Source: Octopus sinensis (lineage: Eukaryota). Taken from it: 64,000 bases of DNA. The stretch is from assembly GCF_006345805.1 (NCBI RefSeq), contig NC_043023.1:4526001-4590000 (forward strand), in the 5' to 3' direction. Made by a program: the position numbers and the translations under genes. Below are positions 24,501 through 36,830 of this stretch, one piece after another (position 1 is the stretch's first letter; every line of letters starts with the position of its first letter). The notes below the pieces were generated by a model. It saw only the letters and a list, made by a program, of their open reading frames with translations. It was not told where the DNA came from and ran no database searches.

Positions 24501-25531
24501 TTTATGAACACACACACACAGCCTCAGGAAGACCAAAGCCTTATTAGTGGATTTACATCTATTGGAACATGCCAGTTCTGAAAGAAACCCGCCATATATA
24601 TTACACAATGGGCTTTTTTTCAGATCCCAGCTACCAAATCCACTAACAATATTTCAGTTGGCCCAAGGCTATAGTAGAAGGTACTTGTCTAAGGTGCCAT
24701 GCAATAGGACTAAACCGAGAACTATGTGATTACGGAACAAACTTCTTACCACACAGCCACATGAGATGTCTTGAGCTCTGTCATAGTTCTGTTAATTGTC
24801 TCTTTGATATTTCATATGTTTTGCTAATTCTCTGATTAATAGTTCTGTGATATCTGCAAAGGCTTGGCAAAGCTATTTGTCAATATCTTGAGCTGTTTAG
24901 AACAGCGTAAAGCTTTCTTGTGTACACACCATTTAGAGTTTTCCTCATGTGTAGGTGTCCGTGTTAGAAAACCATAAATCATAAATCACTGATTATAGAT
25001 TTTTATCTTTTATCTTTTATTTGTTTCAGTTATTGGACTGTGGTCATGCTGGAGCACACCTTGAAGAGTTATAGTTGAATAAATCAACCTCAGTACTTGC
25101 TTTTTTAGTGTTTTTTGTCTAGTTACTTATTCTATTTTCTCTTTAACCAAATTGCTCTATTATAGGGATATAAATAAATTAATGCAGGTTGTCAAGTAGT
25201 GGTGGTGGTGGAGAAACAAACATACACACACACACATACACATACAGACAGGCAGACAGACAGACCATAATAATACACTGTATAAAATTGTAAAATAAGA
25301 GAAAATAAATTTTGAGGATGAATAAGTCTCCATATTCTATATCATTACAATTATTACTAATATATATTCCAGACAATATTACTGTCCAATGAAGCAAATA
25401 TGGAATTACCATCAGAGGAATTTACAGAGTGGCTAACAACTAAAAGTAGTCATAGATGTGGTTAGCCGTAAACTGGAACATGACTGAGAGCCACCACAGT
25501 ATCCACCTGGATGATATATCCCACCTGTCGC

Positions 25532-25688
25532 AGAAGCGGCTGTGTGGTAAGTAGCTTGTTTACCAACCACATGGTTCTGGCTTCAGTCCCACTGTGTGGC
25601 ACCTTGGGCGAGTGTCTTCTACTATAGCCTCGGGCTGACCAAAGCCTTGTGAGTAAAATTGGTAGATGGAAACTGAAAGAAGCCAGTC

Positions 25689-25720
<32 letters not shown>

Positions 25721-25935
25721 ACATGTTTGCATGTCTGTGTTTGTCCCCGCCAACATCACTTGACAACCGATGTTGGTGTGCTTACGTCCCCCATAACTTA
25801 GCGCTTCGACAAAGGAGACCGATGGAATAAGTACTAGGCTTACAAAGAATATGTACTGGGGTCGATCTGTTCGACTAAATGCAGTGCTCCAGCATGGCCG
25901 CAGTCAAATGACTGAAACAAGTAAAAGAGTAAAGA
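25532..25935 (+). mobile_element. Full-length octopus tRNA-derived (OR/CORE-like) SINE
   Basis: ggctgtgtggtaag head, caccttgggcgagtgtcttct core, gactgaaacaagtaaaagagtaaaga tail. Confidence 0.85.
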
Positions 25936-26480
25936 GTGTGTGTGTATATAGATATAGATATAGATATATATATACCTTTATCTTTTTTATCTTTTTACTT
26001 GTTTCAGTCATTAGACTGTGGCTATGCTGAAGAATTTTGAGTTGAATGAATTGACCTCAGTACTTATTTATTTGAAGTCTGGTACTTATTCTGTTGACCA
26101 CTTTTGCTGAACCACTAAGTTACAGGGATGTAAACACACCAACACCAGTTGTCAAGTGGTGGCAAGGAACAAACACACAAACATACCATGGGCTTCTTTC
26201 AGTTTCTGTCTACCAAATCCACTCACAAGGCTTTAAGGTCAGCCCAAAGCTACAGTAGAAGGCACTTGCACATGATGACATGCAGTGGAACTGAACCCAT
26301 ATCCATGTGGTTGAGAAGCAAAGTTCTTACCACACATGTACAATGTGCTTCTTTCAGTTTCATTCTTCCAAATTCTCTCACAGGGCTTTGGTCAGCTCTG
26401 GGCTATAGTAGAAGACATTTGCCCAAGGTACCATACAGTGGGGCTAGAGATAAAAAGAAATATAACAAGGCTGGGTTTAA

Positions 26481-27039
26481 CCCTTTGACATTTAAACCAG
26501 CCAGATCTGGCCTCTCGTACCTCCCCAACAATGTCTTTCTAAAAATAAACAATCGCATCATTGAAATCTACAAGATAATGCATTGATAATTCAAAACAAT
26601 GTGAATAAATAAACATTACATTTGACTCTCTCTTTTTACTCTTTTACTTGTTTCAGTCATTTGACTGTGGCCATGCTGGAGCACCACCTTCAGTTGAGCA
26701 AATCGACCCCAGGACTTATTCATTGTAAGCCTAGTACTTATTCTATCAGTCTCTTTTTCCGAACCGCTAAGTTACGGTGACGTAAACACACCAGCATCGG
26801 TTGTCAAGCAATGTTGGGGGGACAAACACAGACACACAAACATATACACACACATATATATATATATACGACGGGCTTCTTTCAGTTTCCGTCTACCAAA
26901 TCCACTCACAAGGCATTGGCCGGCTCGAGGCTATAGTAGAAGACACTTGCCCAAGATGCCCCGCAGTGGGACTGAACCCGGAACCATGTGCTTGGTAAAC
27001 AAGCTACTTACCACAGCCACTCCTGCGCCTCCTAAAGGG
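26481..27039 (+). mobile_element. piggyBac-type MITE with a full SINE (about 26628-27030, minus strand) inserted
   Basis: CCCTTT...AAAGGG termini; TTAA at 26477-26480 and 27040-27043. Confidence 0.8.
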
Positions 27040-27569
27040 TTAACTAAAACAAAGGTGGAGTGGGATGAAACAAGGTAAACATTTGAGGAAAGTGAATAAA
27101 AGAAGAAACAGTATTTGTGGTTTATAGTTTGTTAATTCTGGATTTGACTTTAGACTGTATCTGATTGTGTAGACTTGGTTTGGAAGTTCCAAGACTTTGT
27201 GGAGTGTGAGTCCATGTCTTAGTCACTATTGTTCCCAGGTCTACTCTCAGACCCAGAGTAGTAGCACTTACCAGGGCCCCAGCTGTAGGTTAATTAGCAT
27301 TTCATAGAATTGTATCTGGAAGAAGGTTACCCACAGACATCCTAATGGACCCAGGGCAGATGAGGCCCTTCAGCTTTTTAGTTACTCATCCAAGAGAAGG
27401 TAACTCCATACAAATCCTACATCCTGATAACCACTTGTATTGGTACCAGACCAATACAAGTTTGAAGGAAGAGTGAGTAAGACTGGCTCTGCTCAAACCA
27501 TATATGCTATAATAACAAACCCCTGCTGGCTTGTGGGGTAATTTAGTGTGTATTTAAAAAGGTTAAAAG

Positions 27570-29713
27570 AGTAAATCCCTCCAGAAAATGCAAAGGGAGG
27601 GACCCACGAGGAACGGAGAGGTGGTATGCCTTCCCACAGATAAGTCCGGCAGGATGTCAATAGACAGCTTACCGAACTACATCCAGGCAATGCAACCTCA
27701 TATCGCCAATACAAAAATAACAACTGTACAGGCACATGAGGAGAGAGAAAAGGTCCTCAACGCCCACATGATGATGTGGACAATTGTTCTGGGACCCCAG
27801 AAATGTACAGCAAATAATTTCCAAGCCTGGAACAATGATATCCCGGCACTGTATGGACTTCGCAAGGACCATAAAGTAATTACTGACCTTATAGCAGGAC
27901 CACCAACAAGACCAGTCTGTGGAGCGAATATCGCTAGCAATTACAGAATCTCCTACTTCCTCTCAATGATCATATGCCCTATAATCCGGATGTCACCTGA
28001 TGTTTGTGACAGCACAGAAGATCTCCTCAGCAGGATCGATGACTGTAACAACACTTGTGACCTGACAGGATGTATGGTGGGTAGCATGGATGTGGTATCC
28101 CTATACCCATCGATCAACGTAGATTTTGCGGTGGAGAAGTGCGTGGAGATGATCAATGAGAGCCAGGTGGAGTTCCGTAATGTCAACACAGAAGAACTGG
28201 GCCTCCTACTTAGACTGACATGTAATAATGAATACTTAGATAAACATAATCTTAGTAGTTTCTGCCCCAGTAGATGTTTAAGAGGTAGACCGCCCACAAT
28301 TACTTCTATGGCTAGGAAGACACATATAGAAAGATGGCGCGGATGGACCAGAGCCATGCGGAGCCCCACAAATGTCCATCAGATAAAGAAAATGATTGCA
28401 CATGCACTAGGAGCTAGTATAAGAGTTACCCTAAAAGGCCACACGTTTAAGTTTAATAATAAAATATACGCCCAGGACGAGGGGGCAGCCATCGGCGTTA
28501 GTATCGCTGGTGATGTGGCCAACCTTTTCATGGTATGGTGGGACAGAAGGCTTAAAGAACGCCTAACACAGAACTCCATACTCGTAAACATGTACTCTCG
28601 CTATGTTGATGATATCAACATAGTGGTAAAGGCACCCCCACAAGAGAGTAATGTTGATATAGTAATAGAAACTAATACTATGGAGAGCATCCAGCAAATA
28701 GCTAACTCCATCCACCAGAGTATTAAGGTCACAATAGACTACCCCACTAAACACTCCAACCATAGACTACCAGTACTAGACACTGAACTCTGGCTAGAAA
28801 TTGTGAATAATAAAACCCAAATCCTTCATTCATACTATGCCAAACCTATGGCCTCAAAATACTTGATCCACCGGAACTCAGCCATTGCGGACAATGCCAA
28901 ATTCAATATTTTGATGGCAGACCTCGTCAGAATAATGAGAAATGTGTCACGCATGTGCGAGCCCACAGAGTTAAAGAGACACATACAATATTTCATTCAC
29001 CGCATGCAGTTCTCCGGTTACAGCCATAAAGAAAGGATCAGAGTATACAAAGGAGCCATGAAGAAATTTGATAATATATTATGTAATGATAGGAATGGGA
29101 TTTGCTCACTCTATAGGAACAAGTCATGGAACACTATAGAAAGGACAAAAAAGAAAATAGGGAAGGCCAACTCTTGGTATAATAGCCATAAATACCAGAG
29201 TGTCATGTTCGTTGACACCACCCCTGGAGGTGAACTGGCGTACCGCTTTAGAAGGACCCTAGACAAACTTAAGCTAAGAATTAAGGTTGTTGAAAAGCCA
29301 GGCAACCCTATCCTTTTAGTAGAACACCCTGTACGGATAAGTACTGTACTGTATGTAGATTTAGCCCACAAACAAACTGTAAAGCCAGAAATGTAGTCTA
29401 TAGTATAAGATGTATAGAGGGACGATGCAGTAACAAGACAACGACATACGTAGGAGAAACGGCAAGAAGCATAGGAGAGCGGGTAAATGAGCATTGGAGA
29501 CAACTCAAGGAAGGTAAAAGCTCATCGATTCTGTACCAACATGCCGAACAGGAACACGGGGGATCAATCAATAACATAGAAATTAAAATATTATCCACAC
29601 ATAGATCAGATGCAACAATTAGACAAATTACAGAAGCTACACACATAATAGAAAATAAACCTAGCCTGAATAGAAAACTAGAATGGAGCACTAACACACA
29701 CCACAACATATGA
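27570..29713 (+). mobile_element. Penelope-like element (RT + Cys linker + GIY-YIG), 5'-truncated
   Basis: RT motifs TDKSG, SMDVVSLYPSI, GAAIG, RYVDD. After a frameshift/deletion at about 29310: CTDKYCTVC...VVYSIRC...YVGETARSIGERVNEH (GIY-YIG), stop at 29711-29713. The Cys-rich linker suggests the Neptune group. Confidence 0.92.
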
Positions 29714-30244
29714 CGATAGAGGATCCTGAAAACATAATAAATACATAGATAAATAAACTAATAGAAATAAATAACTATATATATATATATATATTATATA
29801 TATATATATATATTGTTGTTATACATACATACAAGCATATGTAATGATAATAATAAGTGGATGTAAACACATGAACAAAATAAGAATAAAAAAAACAAAA
29901 TACAAATTATATGAACATATATAAACAGAAGATACAAATATTACAGGCATCCCCTCACATACACACACTAAATAAACATAGACGCACATAGAGATATAAG
30001 CATGCGCAAATGAAGATATACAATAGAAATACAAAATGGCTGACGGTTAGTAAGGAGAGACACAAATAAGAAAGAAGAAAACAAAGGACCACTGATGTGG
30101 TCACAGGAGTGTAACGAAAGAACTCTGGCTGAAATAAGATTAAGATTAATGTAAAAAATGAATAACACTGAAGCAAAATAACACCAAATATATAGTGCGT
30201 GTGTTTTTATTGGCTAAACTGGCAATATGACCATTCCGAAATAT

Positions 30245-30291
<47 letters not shown>

Positions 30292-30358
30292 ATTTATATG
30301 TATATATACTCGTCTACTCGTCTATATGAATTCAGAAGTACTGGTTTTGGGGATATTA

Positions 30359-30762
30359 GGTGCAGGAGTGGCTGTGTGGTAAGTAGCTTGCTAACCAATC
30401 ACATGGTTCTGGGTTCAGTCCCACTGCGTAGCATCTTTGGCAAGTGTCTTCTGCTATAGCCCCAGGCCGACCAATGCCTTGTGAGTGGATTTGGTAGACG
30501 GAAACTGAAAAGAAGCCTGTCGTATATATGTATATATATATGTGTGTGTGTTTGTGTGTCTGTGGTTGTCCCCCTAGCATTGCTTGACAACTGATGCTGG
30601 TGTGTTTACGTCCCCGTCACTTAGCGGTTCGGCAAAAGAGATCGATAGAATAAGTACTGGGCTTACAAAGAATAAGTCCCGGGGTCGATTTGCTCGACTA
30701 AAGGCGGTGCTCCAGCATGGCCGCAGTCAAATGACTGAAACAAGTAAAAGAGTAAAAGAGTA
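30359..30762 (+). mobile_element. Full-length octopus tRNA-derived SINE
   Basis: A box TGGCTGTGTGG, B box GGTTCAGTCCC, central microsatellite, aagtaaaagagtaaaagagta tail. Further copies at about 35868-36290, 41172-41530 and 44272-44650 (+) and 48728-49135 (-). Confidence 0.88.
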
Positions 30763-30834
30763 TTAATTTTGCTCAATGGTGTTTGGTCGAATAAATATTT
30801 TGATTGCTAGTGCTCTCAGATTTATAATTGAAAT

Positions 30835-30903
30835 ACTATACTGATGAAGGAAATAAGGTGTGAGTTATTTTACATATCTTTAATCCAGAAACGTGTATAT
30901 AGT
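30835..30903 (+). ncRNA. Type I hammerhead ribozyme motif (slightly degenerate)
   Basis: Stem I ACTATA/TATAGT (6 bp); CTGATGA at 30841-30847; stem II GGA/TCC with an A:A first pair; GAAAC-GT-GTA at 30888-30897. Confidence 0.6.
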
Positions 30904-31240
30904 TAATCAAAGCCAGGTGGGTTCGTTATTTTTTTCTCTTTGCCTGTGTGAGTTGAGAATATTGCTGTCTGGGAGATATCTTATGGTAGTAGAATAGTAT
31001 TTAACTGCTATTTCTAAATTTCGGTATGTGGTGAAGCAATTTTGGTAAGCCCTAATTATAATTATAATAATTTTTGTATAAGTTTACCGATAAAGGTTCT
31101 TTTAAACGATCGTACCAAATTACCAAGATAGTTGTTTGGTAAGATTATTAATTATAAATTGATTAATCAATTTTACCCTTTATTATTATTGATGATATAT
31201 ATATATATCAAAATAAGCAACAAGAATAACTTCGGTAATT

Positions 31241-31324
31241 TGGTACGATCGTTTCACGCTACATCATTTTATTAAATGTTGTAAGTATTACAACAGTTTT
31301 AAAATGTTGAGCAATCATCAGCCA
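31241..31324 (-). ncRNA. Type I hammerhead ribozyme motif
   Basis: Stem I TGG/CCA; CTGATGA at 31321-31315; ~14-bp stem II with an inner hairpin; GAAAC-GATC-GTA (palindromic loop). An inverted partial copy lies at about 31105-31126. Confidence 0.65.
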
Positions 31325-31994
31325 TTCATAGAGGTTTTCCATTAATACATAATTTTCATATCAATTGATAACATAATAGAGAAGGTAGATATATAGACAA
31401 AGATGTCGATTTAAATTTTAAGAACATTAAGGTAGTAGAGTTTATCAACTGACTGAAGAATATTCAGAATATTCAGTTGTTGTGAACTGCTAGAAGGTTT
31501 GGGAAGAATGATCAATTGAAAGGAGATAAGAAAGATTTTCAATTTATAGAAATAGGGGAGAAATAGATGTCAAAGTTCTATATAGTATATGTAGATGTAT
31601 ATATCTGTTTATGTAGTTATTGACATATTTCATTCATTAATTTGTATCACACATATATTTGTGGTCATTTACTAATTAGATATAATTGAATGTTTACTGG
31701 TTGATGTTTGTCTATTGGATATCCTCTGCCATTTACTTATTTGCCTTATAAATCCTGGTAAATTGCTAATTTACACCCACCCATACCTAATACCCAATTT
31801 GCGATATTGCCATGCAATAGTAAGCAATGACCACGACCACGCTCGAATGTTGTTTTTATCGTCATTTAACGTCTGCTTTCCATGCTGGCATGGGTTGGAC
31901 GGTTTGACTGGTTATAAATAATTAGGTACACATCCAGAAGTATATTGGATATTTAATATCCCTTAGATGGTTTCTTAACCTCTAACTCATACAG

Positions 31995-32023
<29 letters not shown>

Positions 32024-32033
<10 letters not shown>

Positions 32034-32444
32034 TATTTGAGACAAAACCACTATTTTGCAAAACAAACAAGGAAAGACTTAATCAATACATAAAATTTAA
32101 TAAATAGTCAAAAAAACCGCCACTACAATCGTTTCTTGTCTTGATCGACAATCTTCAGGTGGACTTCCAATAATCGTTTCTTGTCTTGATCGACAATCTT
32201 CAGGTGGACTTCCAATAATTCAGTTACAAATTATTAATTTGTAACTGAATTATTGGAAGTCCACCTGAAGATTGTCGATCAAGACAAGAAACGATTATTG
32301 GAAGTCCACCTGAAGATTGTCGATCAAGACAAGAAACGATTGTAGTGGCGGTTTTTTTGACTATTTATTAAATTTTATGTATTGATTAAGTCTTTCCTTG
32401 TTTGTTTTGCAAAATAGTGGTTTTGTCTCAAATAATATTTTATA
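32024..32444. repeat. Perfect palindrome (210-bp arms, 1-nt centre at 32234) with a 45-bp tandem duplication in each arm
   Basis: Mirror positions sum to 64468. The right arm continues to about 32525. A diverged inverted copy of the same family lies at about 33850-33990. Confidence 0.93.
32306..32348 (+). ncRNA. Minimal type I hammerhead ribozyme motif (mirror copy at 32120-32162, minus strand)
   Basis: CCAC-CTGAAGA-TTGTC-gatcaa-GACAA-GAAAC-GATT-GTA-GTGG. Confidence 0.75.
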
Positions 32445-32523
32445 ATATTTTACTATAAAATTGGATTTAATCCTAAATCTGATTTTTTTTCCTGTAAATT
32501 TGGATATATTCCCTAATATTTAT

Positions 32524-32554
<31 letters not shown>

Positions 32555-32578
32555 CTCACACATATATATTGGGTTGTC

Positions 32579-33809
32579 CGGAAAGTTTGTGCCAATTTTT
32601 AAAGGAAAGGAAAAGGTCAATAAATACTTGCCATTACATTTTTAATCAACCAAATATGAACCATTTTGTTGCACAAGCGTCTCCATCTTTCCTTTAACTT
32701 GAAAATACCCTCTTCCCAGAATTGAGGTGGTTTCATGGCAAAGAATTCATCAAGGTATCTTTTTACATCATCCAAGGAATTGAAATTTTTACCATTAAGA
32801 CTATTCTGCAGAGACCTGAATAAGTGGAAATCCGAAGGAGTAATATCTGGTGAATATGGAGGGTGGGGTAACACATCCCAGTCGAGCTGCGGCAATTTTT
32901 GTCTGGTTCCCAAAGGTCTTGCATTATCATGTTGGAAAAAAACACCCTTCCTGTTGGCCAATTCTGGACGTATCTCTTGAATTGCTGCTCTTAACTCGTC
33001 TAGTTGTGTGCAATATTTCTCAGAATTAATTATCTGGTTACTTGGGAAAAGCTCATAGTACAGAATTCCTTTCCAATCCCACCAGACACAAGGCAAGACT
33101 TTTTTAAGGTGAAGACCCACTTTTGGGGTAGCTTACTCCAGGATCGCTTTCTCTGAACATTTTGGTAGATAATCCATTTCTCATCACCAGTCACAATTTG
33201 CTTTAAAAAACACGCGTTTTCATTCCGTTTATAAAGCAAATCACAGATGGAAATGTGATCCAAAAGGTACTCATGTGGTACCCAAACATTGTAGCGATTT
33301 GTATACCCAAGCTTTACCAGTTGCTCATGAAAGACGGATTTTGATAGGTTGAGGCTTGCTGCCAATTCTTGGCTTGTGCAATGTGGGTTATTCTCAATTA
33401 ATGACTTGATTTGATCATCATCTGTAGTGGATGGTCTGCCTGATTGCTCTTTATCAATAAGGCTACAATCTCCAGCTCAGAACCTTGCGAACCACTTCTG
33501 TACAGTTCTTTCGGATAAAGAAACATCACCGTAAACTGCGCATATTTCTTTGGTTGCTTATGAGGCATTTTTCCCTTTACAGAAAAAAAAAAGCATCAAG
33601 TGCTGAAAATGAACTTTCTTATCTTCCATTTTAAAGGGTTGCAGAATTAACAGATTATAGGAACAGAAACCTTCTTCCACGGAAAGATAGCTTAAACTGT
33701 ACTCTAAATGGAGATGTAGTCAAATCCTATTTTATGGACTCAAACATGTTCTAAAATAAGTCGAAAGGTAAGCTACTATAAATCGGCATGAACTTTCCGG
33801 ACAACCCAA
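32579..33809 (-). mobile_element. Mariner (DD34D) transposon, full length, transposase pseudogene
   Basis: TIRs with TA TSDs; ATG at 33629; WVPHE, IVTGDEKW, FQHDNARP and YSPDITPSDFH motifs; several frameshifts. Confidence 0.93.
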
Positions 33810-35199
33810 TACATATATATATATGTACGTATTAGAATAACAACAACAATAATAATATTAGGGAGTATAACTCCAAACTTACAGGGAAAAATTCAATTTA
33901 GTATTAAATCAAATTTCACAATATAAATATATAATATATATAAATTAGAGAAAAACCACTATTATGCAAACTAAACTTAAAATTACAAACTAAGAAAACT
34001 AAAAATTATTGAGTTTGAAGTTAGTTTCTAAGAAAATTATGTTGATAGAGAGGTAACACACACATACATAGACATATCTACATACATACACATATGCACA
34101 TAAGCATGCACAAATACATGCATATACATACATACACACACACACATCTTCATGGAAGTACTGACCAACATCCATAGCCTCAGGAAAAAGATGAATTGTG
34201 AACATTCTTCTCCTACCTATATTCTTCTAACTACCTTTACTCTTTATTCTTCTATTTTATTCTTTATAAACTGTGAATTTTATTCCTTGTAAACTGTAAA
34301 TTTTCCCTGTCTAAAATATTCAAACCTTGTCTTTGACATGCTAACCTACCTCTTAAGCTTTTCCAGAAATGGCTGTAAGACTTCACCTTATCCTAATTAA
34401 ATTATTCTAAATGACACTTGAGATATTTATTCTGCTTTGGTTTTGATTTTACCTCTTATATAATATATACTTGCTACAATGGAACCCTAACACGGATCCC
34501 TAGACCCAACCTTGGCTGTGACCTTGGAGCCTAACAGTTGACCAATTATAGCACTTACCCAGCATACAAATTCGCTCAGATCACAAGTGAACTAAACCCC
34601 TCATACTCTCTCTATATACACACACACACATATATAGTATGTATGTGCATACCACCACTTGACAATTGTTGATGAATTGCTTATGAGCCCATAACTTAGT
34701 GGCTTGGCAAAAGAGGCTGATAAAATAAGTACCAGGCTTTAAAAAAATTTAATGTCAGGGTTAATTCATTTAACCTAAAACTCCTGAAATATGTGCTCCA
34801 GCATGACCACAATTTAATAACTCAATCAAGTAAACAATAAAAAATGTGTACATGTGTGTGTGTATGTATGACTAAAATATACAGACATACATTTACATAT
34901 ATGTATACACACATACATACATACATAAATACATACATACATACATACATACATACATACATACATGTATATATTTCTTAACCTATAATATATATATATG
35001 TGTATAATTATATATACCTTGTTTTTCTGATTAATTGCGACTTGTTGCTGTTAATATTTCTGCTTTCTGGAATAAGCCACAACACCACAAACCACCACAC
35101 TGCACCTCCACCCCCACCTGTACTTCTCTCTGTCTCTCTCTCTCTCTATTGTGTGGCTATAAGTGTGTGTGTGTGTAGTTACGAGCAATACAAACACTG

Positions 35200-35600
35200 C
35201 TCAACCACAACACATTCACAGTAACTCCAAGCATCATTATCATACTACTAGCACAAAATCAACCACCACCACCACCGCAACCAAAACAACCACCACCACC
35301 ACTACTACTACTATTATCACCATCACAACCACCACCACTACTATCACCACCGCCGCCACCAGTACTGCTATCACCACCACCAAACCACATCAAACACACC
35401 ACTAATACCACAGACACTGCCTTCCTCCACCACCAACATTGACACCATCAACACAACAACTACTACTACTACTACCACTACTATATGACCACTTCATCAA
35501 TGCCACTAAAGTGTGTACCAATGTCAACACAAAACATGACGTCATCCCTTGCAACCACCACCACCACCACCACCACCCTATGCCTCCCCAACATAACCAC
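35200..35600. repeat. (ACC/ACT/ATC)n microsatellites
   Basis: Direct inspection. Confidence 0.85.
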
Positions 35601-36599
35601 AGTCACAACACATACGTTCCACCGCTAAAGTGAGTCTCTGCGTGGTCGCTAAACCCGCAGGAAATAACAGTTAAATCTCCCTAATGTCTTGCAAGAGAAA
35701 GACCCATTATCTAATGTAGTCCTTTGGATTTAAGAAAGGGTCGCCAATTTTAGGCCTATGAGAGGAAGGTGCTGGAATTGCTTCAAATGTAAGTCTTATA
35801 TAGATAAGACTCTCATTTACAAAAGGGGACGAGGTCCTAGCCGCGTTGAAAGATACTTTGTATAGACGCAGGCGTAGCTGTGTGATAAGAAGTTTGCTTT
35901 CCAACCACATAGTTCCGGGTTCAATCCCACTGTGTGAAGTGTCTTCTGCTATAGCCCCGGGCAGCCCACAGCCTCGTGAGAGGATTTAGTGGATGGAAAC
36001 TGAAAGAACCCCGTCGTATATATATGTTTTGTGTATGTGTATGTGTGAGTATGTGTGTTAGTGTGTTTGCGTGTGCGCGCATGCGCATGTATGTGTGATT
36101 GTCCTCCACCGCCGCTTGACAACTAGTGTTGGTTCGTTTACACCCCAACTAGCGGTTTGGCAAATACAGACTAATAGAATAGGTACCGGGATTAAAAAAA
36201 AAAAACCCTACTGTGGTTGATTTGTTCGACTAAGAACAATCCCTTCAGTATGGCCGTAATCCTTTGACTGAAACAAGTAAAAAATAAAATAGAAGATACT
36301 ACACCGCCATCACCACCATCATCATAACCATAACAACAGCCGCCACCACCACCACCATTATATAATTCCTGTCAAACGTTCTTTTAAAAGTATTTTGATT
36401 AAAAGCTCTCTTCGACCAGGCTTGGCTTCTGGCTAATCAACAACAGTAACAACAACAACAACACGCCGTTGCTGTTACTATCCACCCTTCACAATGCACC
36501 AACACAAATACTACCACCGCCACTCTTTATGACAAACACCATAATTTCGAAAGGATATTAATACTTAAAGTGATCTGTCCCTCATATAAACAAACTTAG

Positions 36600-36830
36600 A
36601 ACTAACTCTACGTCGTCGACGGCAACGACACCGACGACGGCTGTCGCCACCAACACTAGCACCATCACCATCACCACCACCAACAACAACAGTAGCAGCT
36701 CCGCAACACAACAGTGCAGCACCGTATCGCAGTAGGGCAATTCAAGGACGCCATCTTGCAGCTGTTGTAAACAATATTCACCATAGCAACCTTCCATAGC
36801 AACTGGCTGCACAAACTACCGAGGTAAACC
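36600..36830. promoter_or_regulatory. Candidate promoter/first-exon island with a YY1-like and two RFX X-box-like motifs
   Basis: CpG-containing island. CGCCATCTT at 36749-36757; ccATAGCAAC at 36781-36790 and 36794-36803; plus-strand donor GAG|GTAAAC at 36823/36824; minus-strand donor GA|GTTAGT at 36607/36606. Confidence 0.4.

Noticed and set aside
25368-25470. Possible small exon (acceptor + MELPSEEFTEWL...)
   Set aside because: Closes after about 30 codons, with no convincing donor or homology.
30359-30430. tRNA-like heads here and in other SINE copies
   Set aside because: A and B boxes are present but no cloverleaf; they continue into SINE bodies.
32127-32341. CRISPR-like repeated 45-mers
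   Set aside because: No spacers, eukaryotic context, no cas genes; explained by tandem duplication plus palindrome.
34145-34190. Hammerhead-like CTGAGGC-TATGGA...TCCATG on the minus strand
   Set aside because: Both A9 and GAAA are missing; too degenerate to support.
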